A stretch of DNA of 64,000 bases from Candidatus Bathyarchaeota archaeon (GTDB taxonomy: Archaea > Thermoproteota > Bathyarchaeia > Bathyarchaeales > Bathycorpusculaceae). Location of the stretch: positions 2,016,001-2,080,000 of the forward strand of contig OY970280.1 of NCBI GenBank assembly GCA_963715865.1, in the 5' to 3' direction. Below the pieces are notes generated by a model. That model was not told where the DNA came from, did not search any database, and saw only the letters and a program-made list of their open reading frames with translations. Below are positions 48,565 to 58,852 of this stretch, piece by piece. The position numbers and the translations under genes are program-made. Within the stretch, counting starts at the first letter, position 1. Each line of letters starts with the position of its first letter.

Positions 48565-48666
48565 TTAAGTTGAATCTCCAGTTCAGTTACATTAGCACCA
48601 TTCAAACGTTTTTTGCAATGATTTAATCTTTACTTACTTCTTTTATGAAAATTTATCTATTCCCCT

Positions 48667-48887
48667 TTAAGCCACCTTTTTTCTATGCATCTGCTTCTGG
48701 AAACGGTTAACAACTTTCTGGAAGTCATACTCTTTAGCAGTAAGCGACTGTTTCAAACCAGCCGATAATGAAGTCTATCATCAGTAATTAACTTATGATT
48801 TTAATATACCAGCCTCTTGGCAAGTTCAAAGATGAAGCGTGCGCCACCGGCTAAACCTAAACTTAAACTGTTAAAGTTTATATGCAT
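48667..48887 (-). pseudogene. Internally deleted GT4 glycosyltransferase remnant
   Basis: Manual translation MHINFNSLSLGLAGGARFIFELAKRLVY* joined directly to a GT4-like tail, AKEYDFQKVVNRF. Confidence 0.5.
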
Positions 48888-49037
48888 ATCTTTTCCCGAT
48901 TCTGTTAACTCTTAGGGGCTTGCGAGTTTTACTGAGAGGTTGTTAACCGGCGGGGCTTCTCATGCTTTTATAGACTGAATTTTGTCTATGAAAGGATTTT
49001 TATTTAAACGTATTACCTATTCGTTAGCAGAACTATC

Positions 49038-49340
49038 ATGAGCAAAGAGTTGCGGGCGCGTTCTGCACGTTACATGCAGTTTTCAATCTACTTAGTTACA
49101 TCTCGTAGTCCTATCCCGTTGTGGAATAACTTCCAGCCTAAAATACGCCAAATACTCAATCCAAGAGAGAAAAGAAAAATGAGCCAACTTCTGATGCCCT
49201 ACTTTAAGAACAAAACAGGAATTTGCATTGGCGGTGCAATATTTTGGGAATTTAATGAATACTTAAAACATGCCAAACAAGTTATAAACGTAGATATAAC
49301 GCCAATCCCCGCTGGACCGCCCGTCACTCCAGAGCTATGA
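49038..49340 (+). pseudogene. Probable truncated methyltransferase-like fragment
   Basis: YFKNKTGICIGG...VINVDI resembles the start of a SAM-binding fold, then stops. Confidence 0.3.
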
Positions 49341-49480
49341 ACAATTATAGAGTTAGATTATTAAACTTTGATTGCATGTCTAAATGCCTCGTGCTTATAA
49401 AAGAGATGGATAATTTTTAAAAAAAATTGCCAGAATTAAAAAGTGGTCAACTGGTTGCTTAGATTCTAGGTATCTATGTG

Positions 49481-51058
49481 CTATGGATTATTCTGTATAG
49501 CGTATAGTGCGGCGTCTAAGATTAAACCATTCGTATTACTGCCGACCTGTGAAACCGGATTCCCACTGTTATCAGCACCGTCAGAGTAACCGTTTGTAGG
49601 GGTTGGAAGGCTTTTCTCAAGATAAACAACCATATTTCGCGCAAACGTCGTGTTGTAAAGAGACAAGAAACTAAACGCCACTTTATTATAAATAACAGGA
49701 TTTATGTTCAAGTATGCGCCCGTCATAGCCGCTGTTATATTCCATGTATCACCATTAGGCGTAACCACCCATTCATATATGTAACCATTTGAAACGCTAT
49801 TTCCTTCACTAAAAGCCACATATTCGCCTGTCGCATTGTAAAATGCTTCGTGAGCCAAGTAAACTTGCCTTGCTAAAGCCATTAATCTAGTACTATTAAG
49901 TTCAAAAGCTGAACAAAGCAAAGGATCACCTGAAATTGCAGCTTTAGGCAATTGAACGCCATTAGTTGTGATATTTCCAGCATTAAACATATTATTCAAT
50001 ATCGTATCTGGAGCATTAGCGAGTTGATTAGGGAAAAAGCTTGCAAAACCGCTCCAACAATAGTAAGCATAAATACTAGTCGAGGTAAGGCTATCATTTC
50101 CGATGCTAGACACTAAAGCAGCATAGTTCGATCCCCCATTAGGATTTTCAGTTCCATTAAGAACTATGTTATCTATGCGCTGCGCCAAACTAGAGTTATA
50201 AGCTTTAAGATTGTTGAGGGCAACAAACAATCTCCCAGTATCAACAATATCAACAGCTCCACCAGCCAAATCTGAATGTCCATGATCGTCTAATCCAGTC
50301 GTCGCATCGTAGAACCAGAATGGATAATGAGTAGTATCATTAAGCGGCCGAGTTTCCAGAAAACTAACAACCTTCTCCAAACGTGCACTAGAACCCCAAG
50401 CGCCATCAGTGCCTATCAAACCTATTTTCTGTGCATCAATGACAGCTTGAATATAAACCCCTAAATCCCAATCAGTAAAAACTGAAAAACCGGTACCTTG
50501 GGCGTAAGGAAGCCCAGTATTAGAACCCACGCCTACACCAGGTTGAAAATATTGCCAAGCATTCGCCGCCACCGCCCGCCAAACAGTACTATTAATAGTT
50601 TGAGCAGACTCTATTACGCCAGGACCCTTAGGCAGAGAAAAAGCTTGCGCTGCACTCCCAGCCAAGTTACTGAAAAATTGGGCAAATTGGGAAAGCGCGT
50701 TGGATCCAGTTTGATTATTGGTCCCTTGAGTGGCTGACGGGGAGGCTGTTGAGTTATCACTGCTTTGCGGCGTATTAGGCGTGCTATTGTTCAGTTTTGG
50801 CAAAATTGCAAAAATAGAAACTAACATAACAGTTATAATCGCGAACACTATCAGACACTTCGCCTTTTTGCTAAATCGCCACCGATTCTGCCTAAAAAAG
50901 CCTTTTTTACGCTCAGCCTCAAGAGAAGCCTCTAAAGCAACAAGCCTAAGGCATAGAAGAGAGCGAACTTTTTTGTAATTAACCAACCTCTGCGTCATCT
51001 TTACAGGATTATATCGTTTTAAGTAAGTGGTAATTCCTCTCTTCGTAGAGCCAACCAC
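49481..51058 (-). CDS. Membrane-anchored DUF3131-like (alpha/alpha)6 glycoside hydrolase-like protein (start uncertain)
   Basis: TM, S/T/N linker; AWQYF...TGLPY, WDLGVYIQA and DTGRLFVAL motifs. Confidence 0.65.
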   Translation of the reverse strand: MVGSTKRGITTYLKRYNPVKMTQRLVNYKKVRSLLCLRLVALEASLEAERKKGFFRQNRWRFSKKAKCLIVFAIITVMLVSIFAILPKLNNSTPNTPQSSDNSTASPSATQGTNNQTGSNALSQFAQFFSNLAGSAAQAFSLPKGPGVIESAQTINSTVWRAVAANAWQYFQPGVGVGSNTGLPYAQGTGFSVFTDWDLGVYIQAVIDAQKIGLIGTDGAWGSSARLEKVVSFLETRPLNDTTHYPFWFYDATTGLDDHGHSDLAGGAVDIVDTGRLFVALNNLKAYNSSLAQRIDNIVLNGTENPNGGSNYAALVSSIGNDSLTSTSIYAYYCWSGFASFFPNQLANAPDTILNNMFNAGNITTNGVQLPKAAISGDPLLCSAFELNSTRLMALARQVYLAHEAFYNATGEYVAFSEGNSVSNGYIYEWVVTPNGDTWNITAAMTGAYLNINPVIYNKVAFSFLSLYNTTFARNMVVYLEKSLPTPTNGYSDGADNSGNPVSQVGSNTNGLILDAALYAIQNNP

Positions 51059-51059
51059 C

Positions 51060-52025
51060 CTATTTTGGCTTCTCCCGGAAGTAGGTTATGACCTTATCGA
51101 GTCCTTCGCTTAGGTTAACATGAGGAGACCAGTTGAGCGCCCTCTTGATTTTTGCTGCATCAAGAACTATGTATGGCTGATCTGAAATTACTGGGCGGAA
51201 TGGATAGCCCGGAGGGTATGAGCCGAGTTTTATTTTCTTTCTGTCATACCCTATTTTGTCAGCAATCATTTGGGCTAGTTCTCTGTTGGTTACGCCGATT
51301 CCTGTTCCAGCGTTAAAAACTTGACCATCTGCTTTAGTGCTTTTGATGGCGAGAAAATAAGCATTGATGTGATCATCTACGTACATATAGTCTCTGATTG
51401 AGGCGGGAGCGCCTATGTACACGTTTTCGCCTTTAAGCATCTGCGTGACGAGGTACTCGATGAGGAAGCTGTTGTCGAACTTTCTGCCGTATGAATTTGC
51501 AGGTCTCATTACTGTCCCATGCAGTTCATAGGTGTAAAACATCATCTGCAGGTACAGGTCACCAGCTGCCTTGCTTACAGCATAGGGGCTTGAGGGCTTA
51601 AGTGGCAGGGACTCTTTCAGAGGCTGGTTTTCCTGTAGACCATAAACTTCCGCGGTTGAAGCCGCAAGCATTCGTCTGGTTTGCGCATCAGGGAGTTCAA
51701 GCATGGCGTGCGCAACATTCATCGTACCTATGAGGTTAGCTTGTTGGTACTCGAAAGGACGCTCAAAGGAGTCACGTACTGGACTAAGAGCAGCGAGATG
51801 TATTACAACATCAGGATTCGCAGTTTTTATTGCGTTGCGAGTAGAAGCGTAATCTGTGATGTCGCCTGTAATTAAAGTAATATCTTTCAGGATTTTTCCA
51901 ACAGCGTCAAGGTTTCTGTTCGCTACGCGACGAACGAGACCATAAACTTCGTCTCCGTTGTTAACTAGTTTTTCTGCAAGGTGGCTTCCTATGAAGCCGA
52001 GCATTCCCGTTATTAATACTTTCAT
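51060..52025 (-). CDS. NDP-sugar 4,6-dehydratase/epimerase (extended SDR)
   Basis: TGMLGFIG, STAEVYG and PYAVSK motifs. Confidence 0.9.
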   Translation of the reverse strand: MKVLITGMLGFIGSHLAEKLVNNGDEVYGLVRRVANRNLDAVGKILKDITLITGDITDYASTRNAIKTANPDVVIHLAALSPVRDSFERPFEYQQANLIGTMNVAHAMLELPDAQTRRMLAASTAEVYGLQENQPLKESLPLKPSSPYAVSKAAGDLYLQMMFYTYELHGTVMRPANSYGRKFDNSFLIEYLVTQMLKGENVYIGAPASIRDYMYVDDHINAYFLAIKSTKADGQVFNAGTGIGVTNRELAQMIADKIGYDRKKIKLGSYPPGYPFRPVISDQPYIVLDAAKIKRALNWSPHVNLSEGLDKVITYFREKPK

Positions 52026-52028
52026 AGT

Positions 52029-52739
52029 TTATTGTCCTCTTAGCGAAGTAAACTCTTGTTCTGCAACAGATAAATCCTTAATACTATTAATAGTTAACCA
52101 CTTCTCATTTTCGCTCAGCCTATACGCTTTAAGCAGTCTTTTCTTGGCAAGCACCGAAAAAGTTAGCCTTTCCATGGATCCCGTTATCGGCAGGTAGTCA
52201 GAAATGGCGTGGTTGAAAACGTATATTCCTGCGCTTACACACGTATCTTTGAGAAGAGGTTTTTCTTTGAATTCCACTATATCGTTTTCTTCGATTTCAA
52301 GCACTGCAAAAGGTGACCTCATTGGCGAAACAGCTATGGTCGCCACCGGCTTATGGCGCAGATGAAAATCAACAAACTTTTCAATATTCAAATTGGTTAA
52401 CTCGTCTCCGTTCATGGCTAAAAAATTCTCGTCATTTACGTGTCTTTTGATGGCGAGGCGGAAGCCTTCACCAGTTTCCCCTTCTTGTGTGTGTTCACTG
52501 AAGTCTACACTAATGCCTAACGGGTTTTCCTTGACGTATTTTATTACGACTTCCTTTTGATATGAAACGCCTAAGACGGCATGATCAAAGCCGTTGTCTC
52601 TTAACCAAGTTAGAGTCCAGTAGATAAGGGGTTTTCCATTTAGGGGAATCATGCATTTGGGCAGGTCTTCTGTTAGAGGGCGCATTCTAAGACCAGCGCC
52701 ACCTATTAACACGACTGCAGTTCGAACTTTATTCTGCAT
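52029..52739 (-). CDS. Sugar-phosphate nucleotidyltransferase
   Basis: LIGGAGLRMRPLTEDLPK and NGDEL motifs. Confidence 0.9.
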   Translation of the reverse strand: MQNKVRTAVVLIGGAGLRMRPLTEDLPKCMIPLNGKPLIYWTLTWLRDNGFDHAVLGVSYQKEVVIKYVKENPLGISVDFSEHTQEGETGEGFRLAIKRHVNDENFLAMNGDELTNLNIEKFVDFHLRHKPVATIAVSPMRSPFAVLEIEENDIVEFKEKPLLKDTCVSAGIYVFNHAISDYLPITGSMERLTFSVLAKKRLLKAYRLSENEKWLTINSIKDLSVAEQEFTSLRGQ

Positions 52740-52885
52740 GGTAGCCTCACCAACGCAATGTCATGGATGGGTAAGTTAAATATATAAACTTTGAACCCAA
52801 AACCTAAAATCAAGACAACTCAATTCTATATAAGGAAGAAGAAAAATGGTTGAATTTGTGAGTTAATCGTTGTCCAGTTATTTCA

Positions 52886-54172
52886 CTAATCAGCGCTGTT
52901 CGATATCACTTTGAAATGAGGTATAGCCACAATCATTTTTCCGCCGTTCTTGAGGAAGTCTTTTTCTTGTTCCTTGATCTCTTCGAGGAAGTGATATGGC
53001 AAGACAAGCAAATAATCGGGTTTTTGTTTCCTGTATTCTTCAACAGACATAATTGGGATGCCTGTGCTCACTATGTATTTTCCCCACTTGTCAGAGTTCA
53101 TGTCTGCTGAGCCCGCAATCAACTTGTTGTCTATGCCGAAATATTGCAGGACAACTAAGCCGCGAGTGGAGGCGCCGTATATGAAAACTTTCTTTCCAGC
53201 TTTCACTTCTCTAGACAGAAACGTCATCAACTCTTTCTTGGATTTTTCTATTTGTTTCGCGAATTCATCGTAGACTTTGAGGTTATCAAAGCCCATTTTT
53301 TCTTCATAGTTCTTTTGCTTTATGAGTCTTTCTTCGCTGCCCAAAAAGCCCTTAACTTGTGCACCTTTGTGCTTCACATATATTCTGAAGCTGCCGCCGT
53401 TTACGTCATTGAGTTCCACGTCAAACGCTTCCAAATAATGCCTATCGAGAAGGTTTGAAAGTGAAAGCACAGAGTAGTATTCAAGATGCTCGTGACTGAT
53501 GTTGTCAAAGGTGTTATTCTCCAACATCAAGCCCAAGTAGTTCATCTGGATTATCCATACACCGTTCTCGTCGAGGCATTTCCTTATGTCTTCCACGAAC
53601 GAGTTGGGATCTTCCAGATCGTAGAACATAGCGATGCTGGTTATCACCTTTGCTTTTTTCTCTCCGAATTCTTTTCGAAACGAGTTATGATTGAAATAGT
53701 TATTGATTATCTTTGTGTTTCCCTTAGTTGCCAGTTTCCACAGATTTGAAGGCTCAAAACCGACAGTTATCAAACCGGGGACTTTGTATTGTCTAAGTAA
53801 GGTTCCATCATTTGCGCCTATATCCACTACAACGTCGTCTGCAGACAACTTGATTATCCGCTTAGCAGCGGTTGTGATATCAGCTAGGGCTTTAACCATT
53901 GTGGAGCTTATGCCCGACTGATACCAGTATTTTTTATAGAGAACATCACGTTGCACGGTATGTTTCAGTTGTAGAAGCCCACAGCCGCCGTCTTTTGCAT
54001 TACAGAGAACCAATTCCAGAGGTCCCCTGGGATAATCACCTTTTGGGTCATCGACAAAATTGGTTACAAACTGATTCCCCAATGACAATATTGGAACGAG
54101 CTTGCTTGATCCACATACTCGACAAGTTTTTCGTGTTTTAATCGGCATTGTTTCGCCCAGACTTTGGTTCAT
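52886..54172 (-). CDS. NDP-hexose C-methyltransferase
   Basis: CRVC Zn site, DIGANDG, HEHLEYY, NGGSFR and YGASTRG motifs. Confidence 0.88.
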   Translation of the reverse strand: MNQSLGETMPIKTRKTCRVCGSSKLVPILSLGNQFVTNFVDDPKGDYPRGPLELVLCNAKDGGCGLLQLKHTVQRDVLYKKYWYQSGISSTMVKALADITTAAKRIIKLSADDVVVDIGANDGTLLRQYKVPGLITVGFEPSNLWKLATKGNTKIINNYFNHNSFRKEFGEKKAKVITSIAMFYDLEDPNSFVEDIRKCLDENGVWIIQMNYLGLMLENNTFDNISHEHLEYYSVLSLSNLLDRHYLEAFDVELNDVNGGSFRIYVKHKGAQVKGFLGSEERLIKQKNYEEKMGFDNLKVYDEFAKQIEKSKKELMTFLSREVKAGKKVFIYGASTRGLVVLQYFGIDNKLIAGSADMNSDKWGKYIVSTGIPIMSVEEYRKQKPDYLLVLPYHFLEEIKEQEKDFLKNGGKMIVAIPHFKVISNSAD

Positions 54173-54667
54173 TTTTCGTGCGCAAGTATATAATCTTTTA
54201 ACTTTCCAATTGTTTTACGGAACCTCGCTCCAAAGAGAGGTCGTGACATTAGAATTACACCTCGGAAGGAGTAAGGGCATGTTGCGCCTAAGTCAATCCG
54301 ACAATTTACTTCCAAGGAATAGAATTTTATCTGAAGGCTTAGTTGTCGCATTCCTCAGAGGACTGTTCCCATGATGTACGTTTTAGCGGAGCAGATTAAT
54401 GTTAAGTAATTTCTGTTCTAGAACAACAGAGTATTACTTTCCAACTACTTTTTGGGGTTTGTGAAAAGCTTTAAAATAAAGCATGTGCTTTATTATGGTG
54501 CCGACAGTTTGGCTAAAATTCACACAAGCATAATTATTGACGTGGACTTGTAGCGTGCTTGGATAAAGTACTGTGCCAACAAGACAGGTTCGGCTAAATG
54601 TTCTAGTGCAATGAGCGAGAAAGCGTTGAAAGAATACATGGAAACGCATCCATTTTAGCTTTCTTGG

Positions 54668-55597
54668 TTGGAAGGTGTTTTATTGAAGAGGTTTGTTAAG
54701 TCTCATAAGCACTTGCTTGGTTTAGCAAGGAAACTGCTTCGCAAAAAGAAAAGGAGTATTCGTGAGTTCACCTCATTCAAGCAGGCTGAAAAGGATATTT
54801 CAGAGTGGATTAAAACTTTTCCTGAGCGATATGATTTGGTTTTGGGGATTCCTAGAAGCGGGTTGTATGTGGCTTCTTTGGTGGCTTTGAAGTTGGGGCT
54901 TCCGATTTCTACTCCGAGTGCTTTTTTGCGCGGTGAGGTTTGGTTTAGTAAAGGTGCGGCTACTTCAGTTTTGCGTACTGTGTTACTGGTTGATGATGGT
55001 GTTGGCGATGGGTTTGATGGCCAGATGGTTCAAAACTTTAACGTGTTAACTCAAGCTTTTCCGAATTTAAGGTTTGTTCGCGCTGCCCTCTACATCTATT
55101 CGAACTGCGCCAATGCTGTAGATTTGTATTATCGGTTTTACGATGTTCAATATTTGAATCGTGAAGAATGGAATTTGCTGCATCGTAAGTTTGGGGTGGT
55201 AGGGTTTGATATGGACGGTACACTTTGCCATGATTGGGATGAAAAAAGATATAGTTCATATAACGAGTTTATTGTTTGCGCTGAACCTTATTTGATTCCC
55301 AACTTTAAGATTGACTATATTATCACAAGCCGTGAAGAGCGGTATCGAGATGAAACATTAGCATGGCTTAATAAGTATGGTGTAAAGTTTGGACAGCTAA
55401 TTATGAGGAAGAACCGAGACAAAAGCGCCGTATTCAAGGCAACTCAGATTAAAGCTTTAAAGCTTGATTGGTATTTTGAAAATAATCTTGCAGAAGCTAA
55501 ATTTATTCATAAGAAAACTGGTGTGCCTGTGCTGAATGTTTCGTCTATGTCATTGATTGGTAGCAAGCATAAGTTTGCACTTTGGAGGAATTCTTAA
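54668..55597 (+). CDS. Phosphoribosyltransferase-like plus HAD-like fusion protein
   Basis: GIPRSGL and VLLVDDG (PRT); FDMDGTL and IITSR (HAD). Confidence 0.7.
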   Translation: MEGVLLKRFVKSHKHLLGLARKLLRKKKRSIREFTSFKQAEKDISEWIKTFPERYDLVLGIPRSGLYVASLVALKLGLPISTPSAFLRGEVWFSKGAATSVLRTVLLVDDGVGDGFDGQMVQNFNVLTQAFPNLRFVRAALYIYSNCANAVDLYYRFYDVQYLNREEWNLLHRKFGVVGFDMDGTLCHDWDEKRYSSYNEFIVCAEPYLIPNFKIDYIITSREERYRDETLAWLNKYGVKFGQLIMRKNRDKSAVFKATQIKALKLDWYFENNLAEAKFIHKKTGVPVLNVSSMSLIGSKHKFALWRNS

Positions 55598-55901
55598 CGG
55601 CAAATAGAACTAACGGCGTAAACCAATGAATGTGGCTCCACTGTTTAAGGTGAAATTTAGCATAAACATTTATCTTCAATTAAGTAGCATTTTAAAGAGT
55701 TGACATTGGTATGGAAGCCCTTGAAGAAAAAGCTCCCGGATTTCAACATGATACAAAAAAGCAGGATTCTATCCAGTTAAATAGAGGCGAGAACGTCTCG
55801 GAGTCTGCTGATCTGGTTGTGAGAGAATAGCATCCGAGAAAAATAATTTACTTTCGCTTTGCATACCAACATACAATCATGCGGAGCCATTAAGGAAAAC
55901 C

Positions 55902-56873
55902 TTGGAATCCATGATTCCTCAAGCCCGACAATATAACATTCCGATATACGTTTCCGACAATGCATCAACCGATCACACAATAAAGGTTTTGGAATCCTTT
56001 CAAAAATATTATCCTCTGCTGTTCTTTAAGTCAAACAAGGAAAATGTGGGCGTCGATCAAAATATGGTTAACGCCGCACTTATGGCTTCTTCAAAATACA
56101 TTTGGACAATCGGTGCCAGACGCATTATCCTGCTTGGAATGCTGAAAAAGATTTACAAGATTCTTGAAGAATCTGACTGGGATTTGGTAGTTCTAAATGA
56201 TTTAACATCGGTTTTCAGGGTCCCTAAAACCCAAAGATACACTTCCGCTCAAAGAGTTTTCATGGAACTGAACCGCAACTTGACGGGATTGGGATTTCAA
56301 ATTCTTCCGGCAGAAGCATGGAAATCAGAATCCTTGCCAAAATACGTAGGTACAGAATGGACGATTATTGGGTTGTGCCTCGAGTACATCGCTTATAAAA
56401 AGAACCTGAATGTTTATTTCTTGGCTGAGCCTTGCGCAACCGATTCAGGAAAGAGCCACTGGAAACCCAATTGCTTCCAGATTTGGACGAATTTGAAAAA
56501 AGTCATTCGTTCTCTACCGGAAGTTTACTCTGCCGAGGATAAAGAGCGTGTTATTAGAAATCTCGCAAATGCTCTTTTTGTACCTAAATTTAGCATAATG
56601 GGTATGGGATGGTCATTTTCGTTGGTAGCCCTGAGAAGCGAGAGAATTTATAACTCTGACGTATTCGATAATTACAGAGAAGACTTAGCCCAATATGCGA
56701 GCTACTCTCCAGCCTTGGCATATGTCATCGCCAAGTTCCCTATTCCGCCAATAAGATTATATCTTATCCTTTACGATATAGTAAGGGCAAGCGCACGGCT
56801 ATTTATCCATACTCGAGTGCCCATTAACCCTCGCACAAGGCGAAATATCTCTTACTCATGCGAAGAATCATGA
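55902..56873 (+). CDS. Glycosyltransferase family 2-like
   Basis: IYVSDNASTDHT and ENVGVDQN motifs. Confidence 0.75.
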   Translation: MESMIPQARQYNIPIYVSDNASTDHTIKVLESFQKYYPLLFFKSNKENVGVDQNMVNAALMASSKYIWTIGARRIILLGMLKKIYKILEESDWDLVVLNDLTSVFRVPKTQRYTSAQRVFMELNRNLTGLGFQILPAEAWKSESLPKYVGTEWTIIGLCLEYIAYKKNLNVYFLAEPCATDSGKSHWKPNCFQIWTNLKKVIRSLPEVYSAEDKERVIRNLANALFVPKFSIMGMGWSFSLVALRSERIYNSDVFDNYREDLAQYASYSPALAYVIAKFPIPPIRLYLILYDIVRASARLFIHTRVPINPRTRRNISYSCEES

Positions 56874-56889
56874 CAACATAATTAAGATT

Positions 56890-58023
56890 TTAACTGATTA
56901 AGGTTTGCACATGAAACCAGATGCTATTTTGAAACGCTTCAATATTTAATGCTGAAATTTTACTCCACAGTTCTTTGCGCTTCTTCTCCCAATTTGCACT
57001 TTCCTGTGTAGGTTCTATGTATTTGACGATTTTTTCTTTCAAGTCAGCGTAGTTTTCCCATCTGAATTCTTCGGGGATAAACTCTTTCATTCCTCCGCTG
57101 TTGTGAACCAGAGTGATACATCCGCTTGCTAAACCTTCAACCGGAGCTATGCCGAAGTGTTCTCCTTCCATTAAGTGCACGTAAACCCTTGAATCATGCA
57201 TAATTTCAAGCAAGTCTGCCCCTGGCAAGTTGGTTTTCAAAGTATAATTTTGAGGAAGGTTTTCAGAGAATTTGTTGAACCAGTTTTTTTCTGCTTCTAT
57301 TAATCCGCCGATGCTTACAAACTCGTAGGCTGGTAAGTCAGTGGCTAACTTTTTCATTATTTCATGCCTTTTATGGGGAATAAAACGGGCTACGTAAATT
57401 ACTCTTTTTCGCCTCTCTGACAGCGGCTTGTCGCACCAGAAATTATCGAGGTTTACTGGTGGGTAAACAACAATTGGGTCTTTTACGCCGTGTGTTTTCC
57501 AGTAGCGTTCTATCATTTCTTTGGTATAGTTGCTGTTGCAGAAAACCATGTCCAGTTTATTTATTCCTTGTTCAACCCATTTCTTGAACAGCCACAAGTA
57601 AACTTTCCTTTTCAGCTTAGATCGGTCATAGTCGAAGTGTATTTCTGGGAAGTGTACGTAAGCAATGTTCTTCTTGGCTTTGTTTAAGAAAACTGGTTCA
57701 AACGGGGAGGATGATTGTGTGGAAAACAAGTAATCGTATTCCAAGCGGTTTCTATATTTTTTTAGTAACTTTACAAAGTTATGATGTCTTTTGTAAATGA
57801 TGAAGGGCGGTTCAACCTCTATTCTTTTTCCTAACGAATGAACAGTGACCTCTTTGGGAAAATTTTGTCCTACTATATCTCTATACCTGTCAGCGTCAAA
57901 ATCGAAAGTTAACAATTCCACTTTTTGTCCATGCGCAACTAGAGTTTTGATTACGTTGTGGCATACTCTTTCGCTTCCGCCGTAAATGTCTAGGTATGGG
58001 TGAACCACAAGAAATTTTGCCAA
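56890..58023 (-). CDS. Glycosyltransferase family 4
   Basis: GGSERV, VYPPV and EHFGIAPVEGLASG motifs. Confidence 0.9.
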   Translation of the reverse strand: MAKFLVVHPYLDIYGGSERVCHNVIKTLVAHGQKVELLTFDFDADRYRDIVGQNFPKEVTVHSLGKRIEVEPPFIIYKRHHNFVKLLKKYRNRLEYDYLFSTQSSSPFEPVFLNKAKKNIAYVHFPEIHFDYDRSKLKRKVYLWLFKKWVEQGINKLDMVFCNSNYTKEMIERYWKTHGVKDPIVVYPPVNLDNFWCDKPLSERRKRVIYVARFIPHKRHEIMKKLATDLPAYEFVSIGGLIEAEKNWFNKFSENLPQNYTLKTNLPGADLLEIMHDSRVYVHLMEGEHFGIAPVEGLASGCITLVHNSGGMKEFIPEEFRWENYADLKEKIVKYIEPTQESANWEKKRKELWSKISALNIEAFQNSIWFHVQTLIS

Positions 58024-58648
58024 GTTATTTCAGCCTGATACCTTACTCGTTTGGTTATTTAATAGGCGTTATTTAGTGGTACCTAATGAAGTTTTATTTA
58101 ACAAGCTACCTGCATGTGGATAAGCCCTCTGGAGTACCTCAAGCTACAATATGGAAAGGCATACATACAGTACGCTTGGCAATATCTCTATATCTAATCT
58201 GTCATGCTAAGAACTGGCAGAGAACTAATAGTTAGGTTAAAAGTAAATTTTTATGGATGGTTGCATAAACTTGTAAGCTTGCGTGAGATTATAGCTAAAT
58301 ATCGAAACAGAACGGCGAAACCTTTAGCAGTAGAATAAACATTTACAATTATCACAGCCCATGTCAGATTATGCAGGCGCGCGCTCATATGGGTTCAGGC
58401 TGGGACCCCTTAAGATACCCACTTTATGCAAGGTTAATCACTACTCGAATGTTGATCGCCATTTGAAAAGCAATAATGTTATCCGAACATAATAATTTAT
58501 CATAAAAAGATAAAGAAAATTTACGGCGCTGATATTAATTCATGGCATTATGCTTGAACATATGAAATTCAGTCCAAATTCCCTAAATTCCGAAAACGGA
58601 ACTATACGTTTTGAAAAAACAGGGATCAATTTTAAACGATTACGGTTT

Positions 58649-58852
58649 TTAATAATGAAGTGCAATTTCAACAGTTTTATCCGTTGAGAATCCGTCTGCG
58701 ATGATTATCTCGATATTTTGATAAGTTTGATTTTTTATGGACTCTAAACATATGGGTAATTGTTTTTCTGAATTGAACGTAGGAATTATTACTGAAACCA
58801 GAGGATGATGTTCTAAATCGGCTTTAAGGCTCATCTTATGCTTCTGTACCAT
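58649..58852 (-). pseudogene. Truncated GT2 (N-terminal ~60 aa only)
   Basis: PLVSVIIPTFNSEK...IIIADGFSTDKTVEIA, then a stop. Confidence 0.75.

Noticed and set aside
54169-54649. Two short minus-strand ORFs (60 and 71 aa)
   Set aside because: No recognisable motifs; probably remnants or spurious.
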